Source: Nemertoderma westbladi
Lineage: Eukaryota > Animalia > Xenacoelomorpha
DNA length: 64,000 nt
Assembly (NCBI GenBank): GCA_032718475.1
Contig: JAUCBJ010005359.1
Span: 21,582 to 85,581, forward strand
Direction: 5' to 3'
In this document: positions 12,797-23,736 of the stretch, piece by piece
Numbering within the stretch: the first letter of the stretch is position 1
How the letters are laid out: each line of letters begins with the position of its first letter
Translations under genes and position numbers: made by a program
Notes under the pieces: model-generated
The model's input: the letters and a program-made list of their open reading frames with translations, nothing else
Databases searched by the model: none
What the model was told of the DNA's origin: nothing

Positions 12797-15107
12797 ATAT
12801 CTCGAAATCTGTTCTCACAGTCTGTGCTCATTGGCTGTCGTCCTTAGTTACTTACTTACACCTACTGTACATCTCTGCAATAATTAGTTTTTCGTAATTA
12901 TATAATGAAATATTTGATATGAAAGCTCTTATTTTTTCATGATGCCGCGCTTATCAAATTTTATACCACACTTTAAAAGTGCGATACAGCATTCTAAAAA
13001 TACTTCCTGGCTAGTTGGCCTACATTGATACTGGAGGCAATCTACTACATGAAGATAGGAAAATATAGAACACCTTTTATGATTGAGATAAATGCGTTTA
13101 AAGTTTTTGTTGTTACAATTAAAATAAATGTTTATATTTTTCTTCTTACATTAAGAACTGGAGGGGAATTTGACTCAAATTGTGTTTACAATGCTCAATT
13201 AACTTTTTTACTTCAGTATCATGTATTCTCTTTAGTATTAGTAATATTATTTTATCATAATTATTAACCAATGACCAACTCCTCGAAAGGCATAAAGAAG
13301 AAACAGCTTAAACAGCTTTATAAATCAAAACAACACCCCCATTCATATTTATGCTAATGTAATTGCATTTTTATTAACATCTAAGGTACTGCATCCATTT
13401 TCATTACCCCAGGTGGAGTTGAATGCCTAAGGTTCCCGGTAGGATTACCACCCTGTCTCACTTCTGCACTATCTGTCCATTTCTACTATGACCGGCTCGC
13501 ATATTTACAAACCTCATACAGTCTCGACACTGGCAAGGCAATTCAATCTAAAGTAAGAACCATCAGAGACCAGAGATAATAAAAAACACTGGGGCTGAGA
13601 CGGTGCAATGGAAGCAGACTGGAAGCAATAAAAATTCACCCCTCTCCAGGGGAAATTCGACGCAAATAACAGCTGATTATTCTCAAAAATAAAACTGTAA
13701 CATGTTCTATTGTGCTTAGTTTATTGTTTTGGTTAAAATAACATGCCACTGTAACCTGCTCCTTTACCTAAATTGAGAATTTAACATTGTGGCGGGATAT
13801 TAATTCGCCAAGGCGGGATTTGCGTCCAGTTTCCCCCCTGTCCCGGGTTTTCGGAATACAGCACTTCCAAACCCTATGCGATGTCGGCACTTCAATAAAG
13901 ATAAATAAATTGGGATTGAGCTGTGAATGCAAATATAATTGGGGTGGAATAATAATAATAATTGGTGGGAATATAGCCCTGCCCTCGGCACATGTCATAT
14001 ATGTTATGAGGAGAGACAATAGTGGTACTTTAAATGCTGTGATGTTTAATTAATGTTTTTTATCATAAAGTAGAAGCGATAGGCTTACTGATTCATCGAA
14101 GAACAATGACTATGGATGGAAATTATCGTTAGATATTACAGTAATTAAAACATTTCCATTAATTACGGTAGTAAACCTTGCCTAATGCGATTCATATATC
14201 CATAATGATGTTTATAATAATTCAAATATTATATTATAATATCTATTCTTCACTTCCAACGGCGCACCGATTTATGCTTTAGTGTAAATGTTCTGGCGAA
14301 ATTCCTGATTTTGATTATATCATACGATTTTAACAATGACCCTGTCGCCAAATGTCAAAAATGCAGGCTATGATTTACTGATAAAATTAGTCGATTAACT
14401 ATTTTAATAAGTGCCGACATCGCCTGGGGTTTGTAAGTGGTATATTCCCAAATCCAATACTGTCTCAGCACTGAGTACCTTATTACAACCGTTTTTTTTA
14501 CCGCACTCGTTACGAGTAGTTGAATGTCGAATTTGGGTTACAGGGAGATCGAAATGCTTTTTGATTTAGAAGTTCGTATTTATTTAGGAGTTCGTACACT
14601 TCGTATTAATTTAGAAGTTCGTATGCCGTATTGAGTAATTCTTCGAGAAGTTCTTATTTCAAGTTGAGTTACATTGCCTGATGGCCAGTGCCGATACTGT
14701 ATGGGGTTTGTAAATATGCGACCGGCTCACCTTCAGCTAACTGTACCTACTCAACCCCATATTACTTTTTTCCTCTTTTATATATATTTTATACTTGCTA
14801 GACTAGGAATTTTTAAAGGGCTGTAGTACCAAGATGTAAACAATAAACTCCATATATTGTATATACCATAAGACTGTAAGGAAGAGGAGAAAATTATACT
14901 GTTATATATCTAATGGAACTATAAAAAATATTCGAGTTTCGTACCTTAGTTTAAACTTTCTATTGTGATTGTGACCATCACCTGCTACCAAGGACAGCTC
15001 TACCTACTACTCTAGTAGTAGAGCTGTCCTTGCCTGCTGCTACCGGTAGCACATATTGTTGTCCGCTGTTCACATTATCTCACCTTGAGGCTTGAGCTAA
15101 ATGCTTC

Positions 15108-16032
15108 CCGGTGTCACAAGGAAATCAGCCCCCCCTAGAATATGCCCCCCGGGGCATTATTTTCTAGGATATTATGTCCCCCCGGGCAATTTTTCCTAGG
15201 AAATTTAGCCCGGGGGGGCATTTTCTCCTTAGGAAATAATGCCTCCCCACAGGAAAATTAGCCCCCCTCAAAAGTCTGATAACTGGTACGATACCGGTCT
15301 GCTGGTAGCCACTTTTAATCTACCAACTGCAGAACTTGTAATAGTTGGAAGAATAGTACGGTACCGGTCTGCCGGTAGCGCGGTAGGTAAGCAGGTAAGG
15401 CAGTAAGGGATGTAGAACAGCATCGTGAAGTATCTAAGTCAGTAGGCTACTGTAGTAAGTACTGGTATAACAGCAGTGCGAGTGTGTGGTGTTGTGTGGG
15501 CGCCGAGCAGCTCCAAGCTTTTTTAAGTCTGTAACCTGCTCCTTTCCCTGATTTGGTAAAGTGATTTGTTTATTGTTTTGGTTAGAAAATCCCGCCTCTG
15601 TAACCTGCTCCTTTCTCTCAATTGGTAATGTTATCATTTATTGTTTTGGTTAGAAAATCCCGTCTCTGTAACCTGCTCCTTTCCCTGATTTGCTAAAGTG
15701 ACTGTTTATTGTTTTGGTTAGAAAATCCCGCCTCTGTAACCTGCTCCTTTCCCTCAATTAGTTAAATGATCGTTTATTGTTTTGGTTAGAAAGGCCTGCC
15801 TCTGTAACCTGCTCCTTTCCTTCATTTGGTAAAGTGACAGTTTATTGTTTTGTATAATTTTTGTAAGTTTTAGTAGTAATAAGTTTTGTTTATTGTATAA
15901 TTCAGGGGGGGCATAATTTCCTAAGGGGGGCATTTTTTCCTAGGGAAATTTGCCCGGGGGGGCATTTTTTCCTAGGAAAATATGCCCCCCCGGGCACATT
16001 TCCCGGGGGGGCATATTTTCCTATTACACCGG
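15108..16032. mobile_element. Non-autonomous TIR element with GC-rich subterminal repeats and an internal ~60-bp tandem repeat
   Basis: Ends ccggtgt...ggaaat / tttcctattacaccgg; ~5 copies of ctctgtaacctgctcctttcc...ttattgttttggttagaaa at 15529-15850; related units near 4170, 13720 and 20900-21060. Confidence 0.65.
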
Positions 16033-17229
16033 TATTGATAGAGGCTACTGCACGCACAACAGAAGAACAGTACGGTACACGGTAGGCTATGTACAGATGT
16101 TTACGTATATGATATCAGGATATACGATATTCAGATATATACTGGTCCTTGCAGCCTTGATACTGGTATGATATATGGATACGGTACTTTAGCTGTATGT
16201 ATAATGGTATAGGCACAGTATAATAATAATACAGAACACCAGAACAGTATACAGGTATAATTTGAGGTTGAGGATTCGGTATTGTAATTCTATTAGAGAC
16301 GTTTCGGTTACGGTAATGTAAAAGAGTTCGCCCTACCCTAGTATTTTAAATATGGCGTAGCAGTGTAGGGGGGATAGGCAGATAGGGTTATGCAAGTCGG
16401 TAAGGCACTTTGGAGTTTGTTTCCAATGGTTGAAAAGTGTTCGTTGAATATTTTTGTAATTTTAGTTGGTTTGATACAATTTGCAATTTGTGCGGATTTA
16501 TTCGTTTTTATAATAAGTTTGTATAATAATAATTTAATATTGAGAATATTAATATTGATTTAATTTATCAGTTTATTTGTTTATACTGCAGCAGACCTAC
16601 ACTATTAAAATATTAAAAGGCCGCCGTAGCGAGCAAAGAAATTTTGCAGAAATATTAAGATAAGATTAATACAGTATTAGTCAAATAACTGGTCAACCGA
16701 CTGTTTTTAAATACAGATGTGATTAAAATGCGAGCGCAGCGAGCAACAAAATTGTAACATTTATAGTAGGCCAACCAACTGTTTTTAAATACAGAATGTG
16801 ATTATGGATTAAATTGAGAGCGTAGCGCAGTAGCGAGCATGAGAATGTGGTTTTATATCTGTATATTGGTTTGAACAATTGAAATAACTCATGTAGGTTA
16901 ATAAACAGATACAGTAGCCTAATACAGTAATAGGGATATTGAAATGCATAGGTGTACTATCAGACCAGAGTTCCCCAAAAGCACTTAGGCATTTATGCGG
17001 TTACAAAAGATTTCCTCTAGCTGCCAGGCCTTAATGCGATAACCCCCAGGTCAGCAGTTGGGAAAACCTTTTGCATAGTTCTGAAGTTCACGCGTATGTT
17101 TCTGTTTTTTCATAATATTATTTTTATGTACGGTATTTCTATTTATATAAATATAAATACAGAAATAGGCCTAAAGCTAACTACAGATACATACAATTAG
17201 CTTACCACTGACACGATAATTGTAAGATT

Positions 17230-18285
17230 ATGGCGATAGATTTCAACTTGCGGAACTTGTTTCACGATTTCAACCACAGTAAGTTCACCGTTTACTCCTG
17301 CCTTCTACTCTTCACAATAATCCTCGGATTTCGGCTGGACAGCGACATCCAACTATCATTCTGGATGGTCTTCCTGCCGCTGTGGTTATGGAAACTCTTG
17401 GCCCTGATTGGCGGGATTGTCGGCACTGTTATATGGGTCCGAAACCCCTCGCTAAGGGACTCCGCAACAGACTTTAATGCGATGATATACAGCGTTATAG
17501 TCCACTGTTTCCTATTCGCATTCGAGATACTTATCTGCCAGAAACTGCAGTCCCCCGACTCTATGCTGTGGGTGACCGCTTTCATCCCTATAGTAACTAT
17601 ATCGCTCCTATGCATAATCATCTGCGTCTGGGGGTTCCGTCACGACAGATCGATAGACCTGGAACTCATACTAGCTGTAAACTCTGTCGAGTTGGTCTTT
17701 ATCGGTCTGAAACTCGACGGAATAATCCGATGGGTTTGGTCGGTTATATTTATCCCCCTGTGGGTGGTGATGTGTGTCCTCAGTATCGTGGTCATCTACT
17801 ACATTATTTGGTCGGCCTTGTTTATCCGGACCGCGGACCTGGTATCCCAGCAACGCCGTAGTTACATGGTCTTAGCGGTCACTGCGTTGGCTCTCCTCGT
17901 GCCAATGCTCGCCTTCGAGATACTATTAGTCCGTCGACTCGAAGGTATCAACAATCTATCCTATCTGATTATATTCTTCCCGCTATATTTGGCGCTTACC
18001 ACGCTTATTATAACGTCTTTCGGGCAGCGTGGCGGAAACCCTTGGTGGTTCGGAATCCGGCAGGATTTCTGCGCGTTTCTCCTCGATCTGTGCCCGTGTC
18101 TGCGAGAGTACGGCAATGTGTCGTATAAGACGGGAGTGGGACGGGGCTCTTCTGCGGAGGATGGCGTAGGGGTTGCGTTGCAGCGATCAGCCGCGGCCCC
18201 GCAGCAATCAACCGCGCGGCAATCTCGCGGCAGTGGCAGCACTCGAACTATATCCCCGCCGTTGGCTATCGATTCACCGGATTAG
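17230..18285 (+). CDS. TMEM185: Transmembrane protein 185 (FAM11 family), intronless
   Basis: FNLRNLFHDFNHSKFTVYSCLLLF, VFLPLWLWKL, GGNPWWFGIRQDFCAFLLDLCPCLREYGNVSY and C-terminal IDSPD are characteristic of TMEM185A/B. Confidence 0.93.
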   Translation: MAIDFNLRNLFHDFNHSKFTVYSCLLLFTIILGFRLDSDIQLSFWMVFLPLWLWKLLALIGGIVGTVIWVRNPSLRDSATDFNAMIYSVIVHCFLFAFEILICQKLQSPDSMLWVTAFIPIVTISLLCIIICVWGFRHDRSIDLELILAVNSVELVFIGLKLDGIIRWVWSVIFIPLWVVMCVLSIVVIYYIIWSALFIRTADLVSQQRRSYMVLAVTALALLVPMLAFEILLVRRLEGINNLSYLIIFFPLYLALTTLIITSFGQRGGNPWWFGIRQDFCAFLLDLCPCLREYGNVSYKTGVGRGSSAEDGVGVALQRSAAAPQQSTARQSRGSGSTRTISPPLAIDSPD

Positions 18286-20516
18286 TTGTAAATGTCAACT
18301 ATTTGAAATTTGCAATCTGTATATATTTATCACTAATAAAGAACCGGTTTTTACTTACAGTTAGTATAACCCAGAACACAACTATATAGGGCCAATCGGC
18401 TGCTCGGATACTTACAGAATCGTGTGGCACCGATTTTTCATCGATTGTAAAATAGTGTTTAGGATCGTAAACCGTGATAATCTCCAACTTACTTAGATGT
18501 ATTTTATTTATTTATTGTATTTTTAATAACAATTTTCCAGCGACAACCTCCTAAACCTTTAAATAGTGTCTAAATAGTTTAAATAAGGTCACAGGATTGC
18601 TGGTTCGAACCCTAAAGTGACCTGTAATGACTGGACTGGTAGGTAACCAACCCATAACTGCTAACCCTTAAACTAAACTATTCCGTAGCTAACTGGTTGC
18701 TACGGAAGCTCAGAGCGGCGATGTCTTGTTTAGTATTAAATCCTTTAAAAAATGTCTGAGATTATAAACGACATGCGGACCGTTATGTGACACGCCTAAC
18801 GAATAGTGTAGCAGTAGGTAAACCAAATTGCATTACCGGTACCGCTCAATAAAAATAATTCTTTTTTTTTAATTAACATTTAAATTTATATTTAAATAAA
18901 ATCCATATTACCGTATCTTAACAATAAAACTTTTTAAAGGATATTGTACCAAACACTTAGGACATCTGTAGATTATTTATTATATAGTGTAATGATTTAT
19001 TGACAATAAAGAAATTAATTAGCCAATTAGACCTGATAGGCTTCTGTTCCTCAATATTGTTATAAACGTTTGTTGATATTTTATAGACCCACGGACTATC
19101 GACAAGTTGTCTTTGTTATGTTATTGTTTATGTTGTAAAACATATGTTTAGTTAGGTACGCCAGTACGGTGCTACAGTATCGTGATTAGTGTTAATTATG
19201 GTTAGTTGGCGTTTTTATATACATAATATATATATATTATACGGATATTAGTGGAAATATACATTTACACTGAGACAGAATATCGTGGTAAGTTGTGGTT
19301 ATGGAATACCCGTGGGTAGAGTTGTGGAATATTATGTAGAAATTTAAGATTTGTACATTATTATAGTATTGCACTTTGTGTGCAGCACCAGTCAGACTGG
19401 ACATTGATTATTTAATAGTAGTGATCAATAATAATGAAATATCTGTGGGAGCAATCTATAATCTGCCTGCTATATCGTAGCTGCACATTGAGATGCTATG
19501 CTGGCTTAAAAAAAATCAGCTCTCGGGGCAAATATACCCTGATTTGCCATTCCACAGCACAGGGCGGGTGTCGCAGTTCAGGAAGATATGGGGCCCATCA
19601 CCCATCCCATACCTACTCTGAAGCACGTGACCCACCATTGGCTATGCAGCTCATCTGCTGGGCCATGCCCTGTACCCCCAGGTGAAGGTCGCAATGGAGT
19701 GCACTCAAATTGGACATGGGAACACTATACCCCTGCAGCCGAGTATATGGGTCTTAACCCAGGACCAATAGCGCAACCAGACCGAAGGAGGTCCTTGTTA
19801 CAGGGCCAGATTTGCCCTTAGTAAGAGGGTCCATGTAGCCACAGGTGGGTGGCAGTGCCACCCATCGCGGCACCTCTTTTATACTGCATGGAGGTGGCAA
19901 GTTTTCTGATCAGTGACCTAGAATACCTGACCTGATGGAAAGTGACCCCGAAACGGTCTGTACGGCGTTGGCATGGGTCGCAGCGGAATGGTTTCACCAC
20001 TATCATCAATGATGAATAGTTGATTAAGCAGGGCTTGGCGTAACCAAAACCCGGCCTCACTTTTAGCTCAGTAATTTTTGTATAATTTTAGGACTAGGAC
20101 ATATTGATTATTCATAGAAATTGTTACAGCCAGTGGTGAAATACATAATATCGGCGAATAGTGAATACCAGATGGAGTGAAAAGCAGTTGGTTGGTCATT
20201 GGGGTATTGTTAAGTGTTAACGTGGTTGGGGATACGTTCACTCAGCGCGTGAGGTGAGATAGTAAGGTGAAAAATAACAATACTCAACTAACTAAAGTGA
20301 ATGCAAATGTTTAACCATCATATCCATATCGCGATTCGTATAAAGATATATTTCTTTGCTTTTTTTCTCGAAACTATACCTTTTGCGCTTTTGGTGATGG
20401 CTTTATGGTCGGTCAAAATATTAAAGTCTGAAGGTAAAGTGCAATTGGCTTCAAAAAATTGTTAACCCTCAACAATTAATACTAACATGTAACTCCAACT
20501 CCCACAAACAACTCAC

Positions 20517-20729
20517 CGAATATAGGTTCCACATCGAGGTCTAGCTTTAAGGAAGTCGCTTTAATGAGGAGTCTATACCCGCCAGCCACGACGTCCCGAG
20601 GGGGTATGGCTAACGGTCGGATTTCGCAACGAGCCGAATGGTCGGACAGCAGCGGATTGGTCAGCGCTAACAGCTCCGGATGTCTGTCATAGCGGCGGCG
20701 TTCCGTGTTACATTGGTCCAACTCGTCCG
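20517..20729 (-). CDS. DOCK7: DOCK6/7/8-family GEF, coding exon 5 (last exon found)
   Basis: DELDQCNTERRRYDRHPELLAL...RLLIKATSLKLDLDVEPIF; acceptor ccttacag, donor gtgagt; phase 1 to 1. Confidence 0.85.
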
Positions 20730-21126
20730 CTGTAAGGAGCAATATTACGTTGATAACTCAAGTCGTGGCACAATATTAATACTCTTTCCGTAGTGATTCG
20801 TTCTGGTACTGTCTGTCCTGTTACACTACACCCCACCACCCCCCCCCCCCTCCCTCCCCCGCCCACCCATCGCTGAAAATGATTCATGTTAGTAACCATT
20901 TTAGTTACCAATTGAGGGAAAGAAGCAGGTTTCAGAGACAGCTTTTTCAAACCAAAACAATAAACGATGTTTTACCAATTGAGGGTAAGGATCAGGGTAC
21001 AGAGACGGGTATTTCTAACCAAAACAATAAACGATGTTTTTACCAATTGAGGGAAATGAGCAGATTATGGGAAATCAGCAGACGACTCGTACTATTTCGT
21101 GTGATACTTATTTTGCGGATATTGAG

Positions 21127-21578
21127 GACTGCGGGAGTCCATGCTGGGCTCTAACTGCTGAGGACACCAAATCTCTGGATGGCACATTCACAAGAATGCT
21201 ACGCCGGGTACATTGTGTCAAGTACAATGCACACATCTCCAACCAGACACTATATAACATTGGAGGTGTCTCATTGGTTCCCCCAAGCTTGACACTAGAA
21301 CAAAATTGCCTCCGCTTTGCAGGACATTGCTTTCGCCGTGAGGACCAGCCAGTGCATAATCTTGTACTTTGGCAGCCTCATGGAGTGAATAAGCATGGTG
21401 GACAGCCCATGACTTTCTTGAGACGCATCTTAAAGGACACTGGCCTTAAAGATGCGGATGATCTAGCAAATGTCATGGGTGATAGGGTGTTGTGGCGGTG
21501 CAATTTTGTTGACAAGCCGGCACAGCATTCTTAAAAATGCAGCTGCAATGCAGCATGCCGATCCTAGTAGTAGTAGTA
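21127..21578 (+). mobile_element. 5'-truncated RTE-like LINE insertion in DOCK intron 4
   Basis: MLRRV...LRFAGHCFRR...LVLWQP...DRVLWR; (TAG)n tail; 12-bp TSD gcggatattgag at 21115-21126 and 21579-21590. Confidence 0.85.
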
Positions 21579-21729
21579 GCGGATATTGAGAACATTTGGC
21601 AGAATTTTCTACATTTCTCACTAGTTTGGAATGCGAAGAATTATCTAACTACGTAGTCAGTAAATCTGAGTTGTTAAGTAAAACGCCTGTGCAAACTAAT
21701 GCAGGAGGTTAGTAAGGTCAGTCACTTAC

Positions 21730-21883
21730 CTGGTAGACGGTCCAGTAGACCGGATAACAATTCGTCGCTCTCTGCCTCAGTCAGATCGAACAGACTGGAG
21801 GCCCAGGAACCCCTTGGGGTCGTCTCTAATTGAAACGAACACTGTCGCTCGATCGAAGTCGGTGTGCCAGCAGACTCGTCCAC
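21730..21883 (-). CDS. DOCK7: DOCK6/7/8-family GEF, coding exon 4
   Basis: VDESAGT...TPRGSWASSLFDLTEAESDELLSGLLDRLP resembles DOCK7 TPRGSWACSIFDL; AG/GTAAGT boundaries; phase 0 to 1. Confidence 0.88.
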
Positions 21884-21982
21884 CTAGTCGTTAAAAACAA
21901 ATTAAAAATAAGAAATAAATCAGAATTCGTGGCAGATTAGGGTAGCGAGGTGGGCAAAACGTAACGACTAGGTCGACATGTC

Positions 21983-23571
21983 TGTTGCCGTTATTCCTAC
22001 ACCAGGGGGGAAAAAACGCCGATGCTGGAGACGTGACTTAACAGACCACCGAGCCCCGGCCAGTCACCGGATATTGATTGTGGGGAGGGAATATTTTCTG
22101 AGATGCAAGTTTGCGGTCGAGAAAAAGCTGCATTAGTTGGATATACTCTTTAATGTAACTGAAATCTGTTGAACCTTGATTAAGAATAATTTTGGGCTTC
22201 CCCAAATCAATATACACCAAATATTCACAATAATTATACACGATAATATAAATCCCTACGGTATATTATTTAATAACCCACTGTTCGCTCAGAATTTTAG
22301 CCTACCTAATGTTCCCAGATTTTCCCTCAGTCCCAGTCTTAGTGCCGTAGTGTCGGTGTCGGTTGACCCTGTCGCGTGTCCGTTCCACCCCTCACGAACC
22401 CCGAAGGGAACGATCATCGAGAACCAGCACGGCTTGGCTAAGGGTCGGTCCAGTCGGTAGACTCTGTCGCGTATCCGTACCACCCCTCTCGAACCCCGAA
22501 GGGTTCGGTCATCGAGAACCAGTACGGCTTGGCTAGGAGTCTGTCGTGTCGGTGGACCCGTTCGCGTGTCCGTTCCACCCCTCACGAACCCCGAAGGGTT
22601 CGATCATCGAGAACCAGAACGGCTTGGCTAGGGGTCCGTCGGTTCATCACAGAAACCCAACCACCTAGGCTTTCCGAGTCCGTTTCAGGCTCGTAGTCGC
22701 TTCGGCAGCCGAGAAACTGCTCCGAACAGTCGGTAGGCCAGTAGAGTCTAGTCGAGTCTAGTCCTTTGTCTTTCGACCCCGTCGCGTGTCCGTTCCACCC
22801 CTCACGAACCCCGAAGGGTTCGATCATCGAGAACCAGTACGGCTTGGCTAAGGGGTCTGTCGTCGGTTCCCGTCGCAAATCCCAGTACAAGCAGTCAGCG
22901 TTCCGAGTTCTTTTCAGTCTCGTAGTAGCTGCCGTTGACCAGAGACCGCTAAGGGCAGTTCTCGTCAAACCCGTCCTGTGGCCAGCCCTTTCGCATGTCC
23001 GTCCCACCCCTCACGAACCCCGAAGGGATCGGTCATCGTGAACCAGTACGGCTTAGGTCAGGGGGCAGTCGTTAGTTGGCCACCCGTTCGCGTGTCCGCT
23101 CCACCCCTCACGAACCCCGGGGTTCGATCATCGAGAACCAGAACGGCTTGGCTACTAAGGGGCCGTCGGTGCCCGTCGCAAATCCCTGACACAAGCAGTC
23201 AGCGGTCCGAGTTCTTTTCAGTCTCGTAATGGCTGCTGTTGGCCAGGGACCGCTAAGGGCAGTCCTTGTCCTTTAGGCCTGGCGCATTACCAAATCCACC
23301 CCTACAGGCAGCAGGAAGTTGGCCAGGGCCTAATAGTACTCAGGCTAACCTGAATACTGCTTGCATTTTCCATCCCCCCTGGCCCTTATAACTATGAAAT
23401 TATTCCCGTACCCTGTAAGTTGCCCCAAAGTTCGCCCATAAATCGCCCCCAGTTTATTGAATGTGCCCAAAACCCATGGTCCCGCACCCAGTAGTAATAT
23501 CGGAATAATCAATTTTAATAAAATACAAAAATATTCAACTCGCGTTATGGAAAGTTGAAATACCGCGAACA
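21983..23571 (-). repeat. 3' LTR (1589 bp) with six ~82-nt hairpin repeats
   Basis: Near-identical to 34740-36022 apart from a 306-bp block; termini tgttgccg...gcgaaca. Confidence 0.95.
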
Positions 23572-23582
23572 GTCCCCCCCAA
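23572..23582 (-). promoter_or_regulatory. Polypurine tract
   Basis: Minus strand reads GGGGGGGAC immediately before the 3' LTR start TGTTCGCGG. Confidence 0.75.
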
Positions 23583-23736
23583 TGACCTTCGTGAAGTCTG
23601 TCGGTCGATTGAGTTTGCGTAGGTCATTCCCAATATAAAAAACCCAAATTTAATATTGCATAGTTTTTAATTAATTTGGCCTAGAGTTTGTATAAAAATA
23701 AATGTTCGATAAATGTTCCTGGAATATCCCAATCCA

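Noticed and set aside
18299-18487. Possible further DOCK exon (strong gtaagt donor at ~18415)
   Set aside because: No DOCK similarity, and the frame required by exon 5 hits a stop
19925-19965. Second hammerhead-like string (ctgatgg...gaaacggtc)
   Set aside because: Core is CUGAUGG, there is no stem II, and no compatible cleavage triplet with stem I
22395-22425. LTR hairpins as hammerhead ribozymes or SECIS elements
   Set aside because: CUGANGA and GAAA cores are absent; the helix is too short and lacks the apical AAR motif of SECIS
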